Shown here piece after piece: positions 42,802-52,100 of a stretch of 64,000 nucleotides of DNA; positions within the stretch are counted from its first letter, which is position 1, and each line of letters opens with the position of its first letter. Under the pieces are notes generated by a model. That model saw nothing but the letters and a program-made list of their open reading frames with translations, ran no database searches and was not told where the DNA came from. Location: assembly GCA_964349515.1 (NCBI GenBank), contig CAYGHG010000001.1:2528-66527 (forward strand), in the 5' to 3' direction. The stretch comes from an uncultured Spirochaetia bacterium. Lineage in GTDB: Bacteria; Oederibacteriota; PGYV01; CAYGHG01. A program made the position numbers and the translations under genes.

Positions 42802-44056
42802 GGCCGCCGAACATTTTCATCTGTATGTTGACCGCCCTATCTTTTTCTATATCCCGGAATATGGAAACTTTTCCGAACTCACCGTCAAAACCCGGAATAA
42901 TATTTACCTTTTCCTCCCGTACGCGCATTATGGCCTCTGCCGTCTTTTCGCCCGCAATCCTCACCAGTTCCACCTCCGGCAGATCCAGGAGAATTTCAAA
43001 CTCAGTTCCGCCTTTTGCGAGCAGCAGTTCGTACTCGGCTCTTACTTTCTTGCTCTGCACCCCGACATCTTTAACATCTGCAATTATCTCTTCAAGCGGT
43101 ATCATATGCTTTTGCGGCACTGCGCCTTTTGGTTTAAAGTCCCACGGCCTGTCAGAGAGCTCCTCTATTCTGTGAAGCACTCCGAGAGTCAGGGGTTTAA
43201 AACAGACAGGGCAGCGGTTTTTTGCCGCGATTGATTCACGCGGGTGGTAATTTATGCCGCAAAGCCTGTGCCCGTCATAGTGGTATTTGCCCTCCTCGGG
43301 AAAAAACTCAACCGTATAAAGAAACTTCTTCAGGCTTCGCGACTGTATGGCCTTTTTTATCTCAAAATAACTTAATTCACAGTCAAAGACATTTGCCTCC
43401 CTGCCTATTTTAGCCGGCGAATGAGCGTCTGAATTTGATATCATCGCGATTTTATCCAGGAATGATATGCGCCTGTTGGCGTCAGGGTCGGAGGAGAGCC
43501 CTGTTTCTATCGCCTTGATATGAGGCGTCATCTCCTCGAAACACTCTTCAAGCGAGTCAAAGCCTGACTTGGAGCCAAAGACAGAAAACCACGGTGTCCA
43601 CGCGTGCGCCGGAATCACCATCGCGTCAGCATCAATATCAAGTGCTATTTTCACGAGCTCCTTGGCGGAAAATCCGAGTATCGGCCTGCCGTCAGCCGCG
43701 GTGTTTCCCATCGAGGCCAGTTTTTTTGAAAACTTTTCCCCGGAATCAAGCGACGGCATAAACACCAGAGTATGTATCTTTCTTACCTTTCCGCCCTGCT
43801 TGTATATATTTGAAATCTCGGTTGAAAGCATTATTCTGGATTTGGTTTTTTGTTTTCTTATCTTAAAAAGACCCGGTTCAGCCGGCTCAAGCTTGTTTTT
43901 TAATTCACCGAAGTAGGCCGGGTGCTGAAAATCACCGCTGCCGATTACGGCAATGCCCTTTTTATCGGCCCATTTTGTTATTTCAACGGGGTTCATGTCA
44001 GGGCTTGTGGCCCTTGAATACTTTGAGTGTATATGTAAATCAGCTATCAGCCTCAC
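42791..44056 (-). CDS. PHP-domain phosphoesterase with C-terminal zinc ribbon, endonuclease Q-like (COG1379)
   Basis: N-terminal ADLHIHSKYSRATS PHP motif. C-terminal CPVCFKPL..HRIEEL zinc finger. About 420 aa, the size of archaeal EndoQ. Confidence 0.55.
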   Translation of the reverse strand: MRLIADLHIHSKYSRATSPDMNPVEITKWADKKGIAVIGSGDFQHPAYFGELKNKLEPAEPGLFKIRKQKTKSRIMLSTEISNIYKQGGKVRKIHTLVFMPSLDSGEKFSKKLASMGNTAADGRPILGFSAKELVKIALDIDADAMVIPAHAWTPWFSVFGSKSGFDSLEECFEEMTPHIKAIETGLSSDPDANRRISFLDKIAMISNSDAHSPAKIGREANVFDCELSYFEIKKAIQSRSLKKFLYTVEFFPEEGKYHYDGHRLCGINYHPRESIAAKNRCPVCFKPLTLGVLHRIEELSDRPWDFKPKGAVPQKHMIPLEEIIADVKDVGVQSKKVRAEYELLLAKGGTEFEILLDLPEVELVRIAGEKTAEAIMRVREEKVNIIPGFDGEFGKVSIFRDIEKDRAVNIQMKMFGGRDE

Positions 44057-44580
44057 TCCCGCCTCCGGCTTAAGTTTTCGCCGCCATATGATTTCTTTAC
44101 GAATTCCCTGTGAGCCCTGAAAGGAATAAACGGAATTTTATTTTTTTCATAGTAAGCCGCTTCAGCGGCATCATCTCCTGCTTTAAGCTTTCCCGACACG
44201 CCGTATACCTCCACTCCTATTACCAGAATCCCGCCAAAAAAGATTGTGTTCTCGGCGGTAATCCCCAGAATCCGGGCTTTTTTACCCTTTAACCCTGTTT
44301 CTTCTTTTAACTCCCTCAGTGCAGCTTTTTCCGGCGACTCCGCTCCTTCTATGAATCCTCCCGGCAGCGCCCACAACCCTTTTGCAGGCGCTATGCCGCG
44401 CTTTACCAGCAGTACGCCTGTGTTCTGCCGTACCACCACTGCCACAGCGGGAAGCGGGTTGTTATAATAAAACCTGCCGCACTTTTCACAATACTTGCGC
44501 ACCAGTATGTTGTCATTCTTTTTTGACAGCTTGCCGCCGCACTTGTGGCAGAATATTTTTTTTGATATGAAAAGGTGCAA
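44053..44580 (-). CDS. NUDIX hydrolase with N-terminal CxxC..CxxC zinc ribbon
   Basis: CHKCGGK...CEKCG zinc ribbon, then the Nudix box GGFIEGAESPEKAALRELKEETG. Confidence 0.75.
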   Translation of the reverse strand: MHLFISKKIFCHKCGGKLSKKNDNILVRKYCEKCGRFYYNNPLPAVAVVVRQNTGVLLVKRGIAPAKGLWALPGGFIEGAESPEKAALRELKEETGLKGKKARILGITAENTIFFGGILVIGVEVYGVSGKLKAGDDAAEAAYYEKNKIPFIPFRAHREFVKKSYGGENLSRRRE

Positions 44581-44582
44581 GT

Positions 44583-45791
44583 TTATCCTGCCTTAACCAG
44601 CCCAAAATTTCGCTTTCCTATTTTATAGGCAAGCGAAACCGCCGGTTTACATACCTGCGCCTTGGGGTCTGTGATTTTTTCTTCGCCAATATAAAACCCG
44701 CCCTGCTCTATTATCCTCCGGGCTTCCGAACCCGATCCGCCGGCCATTTTTTTTACAAATTCCGCAGCGGTCATTGAAACTTCATTTCCAAAAACTTCCT
44801 GCCAGATTTTGGTATTCTCTTCGTAAGGAATTTCCTTTTTACTGAAAGCTTTTTCAAAAAAATCACTGCCCTTTTCCGCAGCTTCGCGGCTGTTGTACTT
44901 TTTCACTATTTCATAGGCCAATTTTTTCTTGTAGTCAACAGGGTTCGTGCCGGCGGCAACCGCAGATTTCATGGCTTCAATCTCCTCTACAGCCACATCT
45001 GTTAAAAGTTCAAAGTACTGCGCCATGAGCCCGTCGGTTATTGACATCACTTTTCCGAACATATCCTCAGGAGTGAAATTAAGCCCTATGTAGTTGTTAA
45101 GGGACTTGCTCATTTTGTTTTTGCCGTCAAGCCCTGTGAGGATAGGCGTAAAGAGCCCCACCTGCGGCTCTGCGCCCGACTCTTTCTGCAGGTATCTTCC
45201 CGCTATAACATTAAAGCGCTGGTCAGTGCCGCCCAACTCAATATCTGATTTTATCTCCACCGAATCATGCCCCTGCATCACAGGGTAAAGCAGTTCATGA
45301 AACCCGAGAGGAGTCCCTTCTTTGTAGCGTTTTTCAAATGTATCGTGCTCAAGCATCTGCGCAAGGGTGAATTTTGAAATGAGCTTGATGGTGCTGTCAA
45401 AATTCATCGCGCCGAACCACGCGCTGTTGTAAACGGTTTTAAGTTTTGAAAGGTCCAGTATTTTTGCCACCTGCGAGGTGTAGGCCTCCACGTTCTTTTT
45501 TACATCTTCGGCTGTAAGCGCCGGCCTCTCCGAGCTGCGGCCGCTCGGGTCTCCTATCATGGCCGTGTAGTCGCCTATGATCAGTACGGCGTTGTGGCCC
45601 AGATCCTGAAACTGCCTGAGTTTGTTTAACGCAACCGTGTGGCCGAGGTGTATGTCCGGCGCCGTAGGGTCAATGCCGAGTTTTATCGTGAGAGGCTTGT
45701 CCTTTTTGAGTTTTTTTATAAGATCGTCTTCGGTTACAATATCCACAACACCGCGTTTGATTACCTTGAGCTGTTCTTCGATTGGTTTCAT
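44583..45791 (-). CDS. tyrS: Tyrosine--tRNA ligase
   Basis: HIGH motif (DIHLGH), KMSKS motif, C-terminal S4-like domain. Confidence 0.9.
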   Translation of the reverse strand: MKPIEEQLKVIKRGVVDIVTEDDLIKKLKKDKPLTIKLGIDPTAPDIHLGHTVALNKLRQFQDLGHNAVLIIGDYTAMIGDPSGRSSERPALTAEDVKKNVEAYTSQVAKILDLSKLKTVYNSAWFGAMNFDSTIKLISKFTLAQMLEHDTFEKRYKEGTPLGFHELLYPVMQGHDSVEIKSDIELGGTDQRFNVIAGRYLQKESGAEPQVGLFTPILTGLDGKNKMSKSLNNYIGLNFTPEDMFGKVMSITDGLMAQYFELLTDVAVEEIEAMKSAVAAGTNPVDYKKKLAYEIVKKYNSREAAEKGSDFFEKAFSKKEIPYEENTKIWQEVFGNEVSMTAAEFVKKMAGGSGSEARRIIEQGGFYIGEEKITDPKAQVCKPAVSLAYKIGKRNFGLVKAG

Positions 45792-45812
45792 TTTAACTTC
45801 CGCCTTTTATTA

Positions 45813-47366
45813 TCAGTGTTTAAAATGCCTGGCCCCGGTAAACGCCATTGTTATGCCGTGCTCATCCGCAGCCGCGATTGAGTCGGCGTCCTTTACCGAG
45901 CCTCCGGGCTGAATTATAGACTTTATACCGGCCGCCGCGGCCGCGTCAACATTGTCCCTAAACGGGAAAAATGCGTCTGACGCGAGAGCCGCACCCTGCG
46001 CCTTTTCCCCGGCATTTTTTATGGCAATTGCCACCGCACCCACCCTGTTGGTCTGTCCGGGGCCTATGCCTACGGCAACCCCGTCTTTTGCTACCACTAT
46101 CGCGTTTGACTTTACGAACTTTGCCACCTTCCACGCAAAAAGCATGTCTTTTATCTGACTTTCGTCAGGCGTTTTTTTGGTCAGCACCTTTAAATCCCCC
46201 GCGTTTGTTTCTTTCGTATCCCGCTCCTGCACGAGAAGCCCGCCCGTCACTTTTCTTATATCCATCTTCTTGATTCCGTACGCTTCTCCCTTTTTCTTTT
46301 CAGGCAGTTTCATTATCCTGATGTTTTTCTTGTTTTTGAGTATCTCCAGTGCCTCAGCCTCGTAATCAGGGGCGATTATTACCTCCATAAACATCTTGTC
46401 CACTTTTTCGGCTATTCCTTTTGTACACGGCCTGTTCATGGAACAGATTCCGCCAAAAGCCGATAGCGGGTCTGCCTCGTACGCCTTTACATAGGCGTCC
46501 GTGATGTCATCCGATACCGCAACACCGCAGGGGTTCGCGTGCTTGATTATGACCGCGCACGGCTCGTCAAAAGCCGAAGAGATTGTCATAGCCGCGTCCA
46601 TATCATAAATATTGTTAAAAGAGAGTTCTTTTCCGTGAAGCTGTACAGCCGAACCCGGGCCTGTCTCGGGGTATCCTGAAAATTCATAAAACGCCGCTTT
46701 CTGGTGGGGGTTTTCTCCGTAACGCATTTCCTGCTTTTTATCGGCGGATATGGAAATTCTCTCGGGCAGCACGTCGCCTAAAATCCTGCTTCCGAGGTAG
46801 TCTGATATGTAGGAATCATAATCAGCGGTGGTCCTGTAGGCCTTTACCCTTAAATAACTGAGCGTGTCATCCTTGATCCCGCCCTCTTTCAGTTCGCCTA
46901 TTACCCTTGCATAATCTGAAGCTTCTGTAATCACCGCGACAGACTGTGCGTTTTTTGCCGCAGAGCGCAGCATTGAGGGCCCGCCTATGTCTATGTTTTC
47001 TATGACCTCTTCTATTGAAATACCCTCTTTCTGTATTACTTCCTTGAAAGGGTAAAGGTTGACCACCACCATATCTATGGGGTTGATTTTATGCGCCGCG
47101 ATGGTTTCCATGTGCTCTTTCTTTTCGCGCAGGGCCAGCAGCCCGCCGTGTATGACCGGGTGGAGCGTTTTTACCCTGCCGTCCAACATCTCCGGAAAAC
47201 CGGTAACATCCGATATGTCAACCGCCTTTACGCCTGCGTCAAGCAGCGCTTTTTTTGTGCCGCCGGTTGATATTATTTCAACACCCATCTCCGAGAGAGA
47301 GCGCGCGAAATCCACCAGCCCTGTTTTGTCGGAAACGCTCATAAGTGCCCTTTTTACTTTTAACAT
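45813..47366 (-). CDS. purH: Bifunctional AICAR transformylase/IMP cyclohydrolase
   Basis: PurH MGS-like N-terminus (MLKVKRALMSVSDKTG...). The ORF-track start at 47417 is over-extended; the likely start is the Met at 47366. Confidence 0.9.
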   Translation of the reverse strand: MLKVKRALMSVSDKTGLVDFARSLSEMGVEIISTGGTKKALLDAGVKAVDISDVTGFPEMLDGRVKTLHPVIHGGLLALREKKEHMETIAAHKINPIDMVVVNLYPFKEVIQKEGISIEEVIENIDIGGPSMLRSAAKNAQSVAVITEASDYARVIGELKEGGIKDDTLSYLRVKAYRTTADYDSYISDYLGSRILGDVLPERISISADKKQEMRYGENPHQKAAFYEFSGYPETGPGSAVQLHGKELSFNNIYDMDAAMTISSAFDEPCAVIIKHANPCGVAVSDDITDAYVKAYEADPLSAFGGICSMNRPCTKGIAEKVDKMFMEVIIAPDYEAEALEILKNKKNIRIMKLPEKKKGEAYGIKKMDIRKVTGGLLVQERDTKETNAGDLKVLTKKTPDESQIKDMLFAWKVAKFVKSNAIVVAKDGVAVGIGPGQTNRVGAVAIAIKNAGEKAQGAALASDAFFPFRDNVDAAAAAGIKSIIQPGGSVKDADSIAAADEHGITMAFTGARHFKH

Positions 47367-47367
47367 C

Positions 47368-47715
47368 TCATTCCTCCTGTGTATTAAAATCCTTAAGAAC
47401 TTCTTTCGCAGCCTCAAGGTCCTCTTTGTTTATTATTATCGTGCCCATTTTTCTCTGTTTAAAGGCAAACAATACCAGCCCGGAGCTCGGCAGCACGTTT
47501 GAGCGCATAAAGCTGTGTATTCCCTGGTCGGCGAGCATGGATGTCAGGCGCGCCGCGTCAAGATCATTTTCAACCTCGCACAGTTCGGCGGTTTCCAGGT
47601 TTGCGTCGCCTTGCTCCTCTTCCGGGAGTTTTTCAACCAGTTTTTCCCCGCAGTCGGGGCACAGCTTTATTTCCAGGTTATATTCATAAAGGCATATCGG
47701 GCAGAACATATTCAC
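47368..47715 (-). CDS. Small zinc-ribbon protein, DUF2007-like (putative signal-transducing protein domain)
   Basis: CPICLYEY...CPDCG at the N-terminus. 115 aa. Confidence 0.4.
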   Translation of the reverse strand: MNMFCPICLYEYNLEIKLCPDCGEKLVEKLPEEEQGDANLETAELCEVENDLDAARLTSMLADQGIHSFMRSNVLPSSGLVLFAFKQRKMGTIIINKEDLEAAKEVLKDFNTQEE

Positions 47716-47716
47716 C

Positions 47717-48337
47717 TCATTTTATTGTGACAGAACCGCCGTCTGTTTTAATCCGGCCCTCACAGAAAAGTTTTACCGCTTCAGGGTAGGCCTTATGCTC
47801 CTCTGACAACACCCTTTTCTGAAGTATCTCAGGCGTATCGCCCGCCTGCACGGGCGCCCTGCGCTGCAGTATCACAGGGCCCGTGTCTGTGCCGTAATCC
47901 ACGAAGTGCACGGTGCAGCCTGTTTCCTTTACCCCTGCTTTTAGCACGGCTTCGTGCACGTGTATTCCGTACATTCCTTCGCCGCCAAAATCAGGAAGCA
48001 GTGCGGGGTGAATGTTCATTATTTTTCCCTTATAAGTATCTATAAAAACTTTTGACAACACCCGCATATATCCCGCGAGGCAGATTAAGTTTATGCCCTC
48101 CGCGTTCATAACATTCGCCGTTTCAAGGTCAAAGGCTTCCCTTGATTCAAAATCTTTCGGTAAAAGGCACACTGTTTTGATCCCGGCTTTTGCCGCCCTC
48201 TCAAGCCCGTAGGCGCCCTGTTTATTGCTGAAGACCAGGCATATTTCACCGCCTGTAATATGCCCCGAAGAAAATGCGTCAATCAAGGACTGCAGATTGC
48301 TTCCGCCGCCTGATACAAAAACCGCTGTTCTCACCAC
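47717..48337 (-). CDS. purN: Phosphoribosylglycinamide formyltransferase
   Basis: MVRTAVFVSGGGSNLQ... matches PurN. Confidence 0.9.
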   Translation of the reverse strand: MVRTAVFVSGGGSNLQSLIDAFSSGHITGGEICLVFSNKQGAYGLERAAKAGIKTVCLLPKDFESREAFDLETANVMNAEGINLICLAGYMRVLSKVFIDTYKGKIMNIHPALLPDFGGEGMYGIHVHEAVLKAGVKETGCTVHFVDYGTDTGPVILQRRAPVQAGDTPEILQKRVLSEEHKAYPEAVKLFCEGRIKTDGGSVTIK

Positions 48338-49188
48338 TACTTTTTACCTTCCCTGTCCCATACCGGAATATACAAGAAACGCACTGTGAGATACAGCCTG
48401 TGCCCGTGGCCGAATAGCACAAGTTCGGCCCGCGTCTGGCCTTTTTCCCAGAAATAGTAAATATTGCTCGGCTTGCCCCTGACAGAGCCCGACTTTACAT
48501 GTTTTATTTTAGCGGAAGCCGGAGCGCCCCGCAGATCGTCTTTTGTAAACATAGGCCTGCCGTAGAGCCGGGTAAATACGTCAAAGAGCCCGATGAACCT
48601 GCCGTACATTATCTCATCAATATTTGGTATCTTCAGTGCCTCGGCCTTAAAAACCTCTGACGGCCCGAACTCAAATTTTACGGCATAAAGCCTGCCCTCA
48701 TACATGCCGAGGCTCATAAAGTTGGCGTGGGGCACTTTAATTTTAAACTCACCCTGATTGACCGCGATGGAAGATACAAAGTCCGGGTCGCGGCTGTCGG
48801 CAGAGTATGGGTAAAAGAGCCTTATCTGCCCGGCATTCATTCCCCAGCCCAGCCCCATAAGGCTGAACGAGGCGTCTGTAACTGAAGCAAAAGCAAGCTC
48901 ATCAGCCTGAGTGTAAATCTGCGAATATTTTTTGACAGCCTCAGCCTTTGACACCGACTTGAAATATGACATCGCGGCAAACCCGGCTGCGCCGAGCACT
49001 GCCAGTACCCCGCCGAGTATTATCCAGAACCTTATAACCGCTTTTCTGTGGCGTTCGTCATACTTAACCGCCGCCTTTTTTTCCGTTTTCGGCAGCGGCG
49101 AGCCGCACGAAGCACAAAAGCTCGCGCTTTCCCTGTTATGTACTCCGCACGCTTTGCAAGTTTTCACCTGAACCTCCGGGCGATTCAA
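48337..49188 (-). CDS. Membrane protein with N-terminal cytoplasmic zinc ribbon and extracytoplasmic domain of unknown function
   Basis: CKACG...CASCG, then one TM, then an about 200-aa domain. Overlaps the stop of the giant gene. Confidence 0.4.
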   Translation of the reverse strand: MNRPEVQVKTCKACGVHNRESASFCASCGSPLPKTEKKAAVKYDERHRKAVIRFWIILGGVLAVLGAAGFAAMSYFKSVSKAEAVKKYSQIYTQADELAFASVTDASFSLMGLGWGMNAGQIRLFYPYSADSRDPDFVSSIAVNQGEFKIKVPHANFMSLGMYEGRLYAVKFEFGPSEVFKAEALKIPNIDEIMYGRFIGLFDVFTRLYGRPMFTKDDLRGAPASAKIKHVKSGSVRGKPSNIYYFWEKGQTRAELVLFGHGHRLYLTVRFLYIPVWDREGKK

Positions 49189-52100
49189 TTTTTCTTTTCT
49201 TTTTTTATCTTTCTTATTCCGTACCTTGTAATTTTCTGGGAAACTTCCCCCTTTGCGGTGACCTGGTAGAGGTATATGCCGTCCTCTGTACCGGAAGCGC
49301 TCCAGAAGGAGTTGTTATAGGCCTTTCCTTTTTTCTTTTCATCAATAGTCGCCACTATTTTACCCGATTCGTTATACACCTTTATGCTTACAGCGCTGTT
49401 CTCGGGGATAAAGTAGTTGAATATTATCCTGTCATTTGACTCGTCATACATCGCGAATATCTCAGAAGATATGTTGAGGACTTTCTCGGGCTCGTCCGAG
49501 CGCAGCTCTATGTCTTCTATTATCTGCGGCGGCAGGTTCTTTCCGAGCACTTTTACCTTTATCTTTGCGACAGGCAGGTTGTCTATTATGTAATTGCCGT
49601 CCTTGTCGGAAATACCCACGCCGAGGGATATACCGTCGTCTTTAAGCACCTCCACGGTGGCGCCCGGAAGCGGCATTATGCCGTTTGACTGGGTAACCGC
49701 ACCTTTGAGCGATACTTTTGTCTTGACCCTCGCCCTGAAGTGCACCGCGGTCTTTCCTATCACGCCCTCCCTGTCGACAGATACTATGTGGAAGTACCAG
49801 ACACCGTCGTTTATTTCAACAGGCCCGGCGTTTGTATCCATTGTCTTGCTGTTTTTGGGCGAAGGGATGGTCTTTTCAAAATTATCAAGCACATAATAAT
49901 AGCCTATGATGTCATTTACATAAGACATCGCCTTCCACTGCATTTTCAGGTTTTTTTCCCTGTACCACTTGTTTTCATCGGGATGTGTCGGCGAGTAAAC
50001 AAGAGGCGGCGGCGGAGTCATTGCGACATTTATCTGGAAATGGGAGGACTCGGCTGATATGTTGCCTGCTGTATCCTTTGCAATAACGTGCAGATACCAC
50101 GTGCCGTCAGGCACATCAACAAACGAGGCCATGGTGCCGCGCGTCCAGCTCGCGGTAGTGATGTCGGGCACGGAATCTTTTATCTGGTTAAAAAGATAAT
50201 AATACCCCTCTATCCCCGCCGGGTCGGGAGGGGTGGTCCAGGAGAACGACGGCGAGTTGTTGTTAAACCAGCGGTTGAAATCCGCGTGCGTGATTGAAGA
50301 TATGACAGGCGGTTTCGGCCTGGTCGTGTCTATGTTAATCTGGAAGTGCGTGGCTTCCTCGGAGATATTTCCCGCTTCGTCCTTTGACACTACATGGAAA
50401 TACCACGTGCCGTCGCCTGTCTGCGGAAATGATATTTCATTGTCAGTGTACCACGTGCCGTTTTTTGCCTCAGGTACGGTGGCGGGTATCTGGTCAAATA
50501 TGTAGTAGTAACCGGTGATTTTAGTTGCGTCCTGCGGGGTCTCCCAGTTTAAGTTTATGTCTTTTGTCGCGTACCATTGCTCCTGCATAGGGTGGGTTGC
50601 CGAGCGGACGACAGGCGGCATCGCATACCTGTCGCAAATCGCGAGCACCTGCTTGTTTCCGCTCTCGCGCTCATTTCCGACTTTGTCAACACCGCGTATG
50701 GTGTAATAGTAAATGATTCCGTCCTCAAGATCCGGCGAAGAGTCGGTAAACCTGGTGTCAGTCACCGCGCCGTCGTCGCATATCTGCATCCCGAGCTGCC
50801 CGGAGACCGACGAGCGGTAAACCCTGAAGTAGTCAAGCCCGCTGACCGAATCTGTGACCTTGTTCCACTCAAGCCCCACCACGCCGTCACGCAAGGGCTT
50901 TGCCGCCACCTGTGTCACCTGCGATGGCGGGGATACGTCTATTGTTACCTTTGCCGAATCCACTTCATAATACTCCGACCAGTTGCCTGCGTTATCGCGC
51001 GCTTTTACGCGGAAGTAGTAGGTGATGCCGTCTTCGCCTTTGAAGACCGCTTTCATTGTTTTGGTCTCTTTGAGCCACGTTTTCCACTTGCCCTTATCGC
51101 CCTCTTTGTATTCAACAAGAAAGCCGTATATGCCGGATTCCCGGTCTTCGCCGTCCCACTCCACTTCAAAAGATTCCGAGTTGACGAATTTTTTAAGCTC
51201 TTTCAGGTGCACGTCAGGCGGGTTTGTTTCAATCTTGAATCTGTAATGGGCCGCTTCCGTGCCTGTGTTTCCGGCTATGTCCTTTAACACCGCGTGAAAA
51301 TACCATTCTCCGTCTTCAAGCGGTTCCGTAATCTTCACCGTACTTTCTTTTGTAAATTTTCCCGTCTTTCTTTCGGGCATGTTATCAGGGGTTTTATCAA
51401 TCTTGTAATAAAAACCCTCCACACCCGAGAACTCATCTGATTTTTCCATGGTGAAAACCGGGCTGCGCTCGCAGTAATACCTGTCGTGGTTGGGGTGTGT
51501 GGGCGAGAAGACCTCGGGCGGGTCGGCCTTTAAATCCACATTGATTGTAAATATTGCCGGCTCTTCGCCGATGTTGCCTGCATTGTCCTCGCTTACGATA
51601 TGAAAGAAGAAAATGCCCTCGGAATCCACCTGTATTTCAGCCTCACGTTTGTCTGTTGTAATCGTCATCTCGGGAAGCAGCTTCATATGCTTCTCGCGCG
51701 AGAAGAGATAGTGGAACTGTTTTATTTTGGAGAGGTCCTGCGGCACGGTCCAGCCGAGCTTTATGACCGGGTTGTTGTACCACTTTGCCTCGTCAGGGTG
51801 CGTCGGCGAGCTGAGCTTCGGCGCCTCAACAGCGGTGTCTATTTTCATCCTGAAGTGCGACGCTTCCCAGCCGGTGTTTCCCGCATTGTCTTTTGAAATT
51901 ATGTGGAAATACCATATGCCGTCTTGCAGCCTCGGCAGCGATACCTGGTTTGACGTCGTCCACTCCGCGGTCTCCCGCGCGGGGACGGTATTGTTTTTCT
52001 GGTCGCAGCAGTAGTAATAACCCTCGACGCCTGACAGATCCTCCGGTGTATCCCAGTGAAGCTCAGGGATGGCGTTGCTGTACCACATTTCTTCGTCGCG

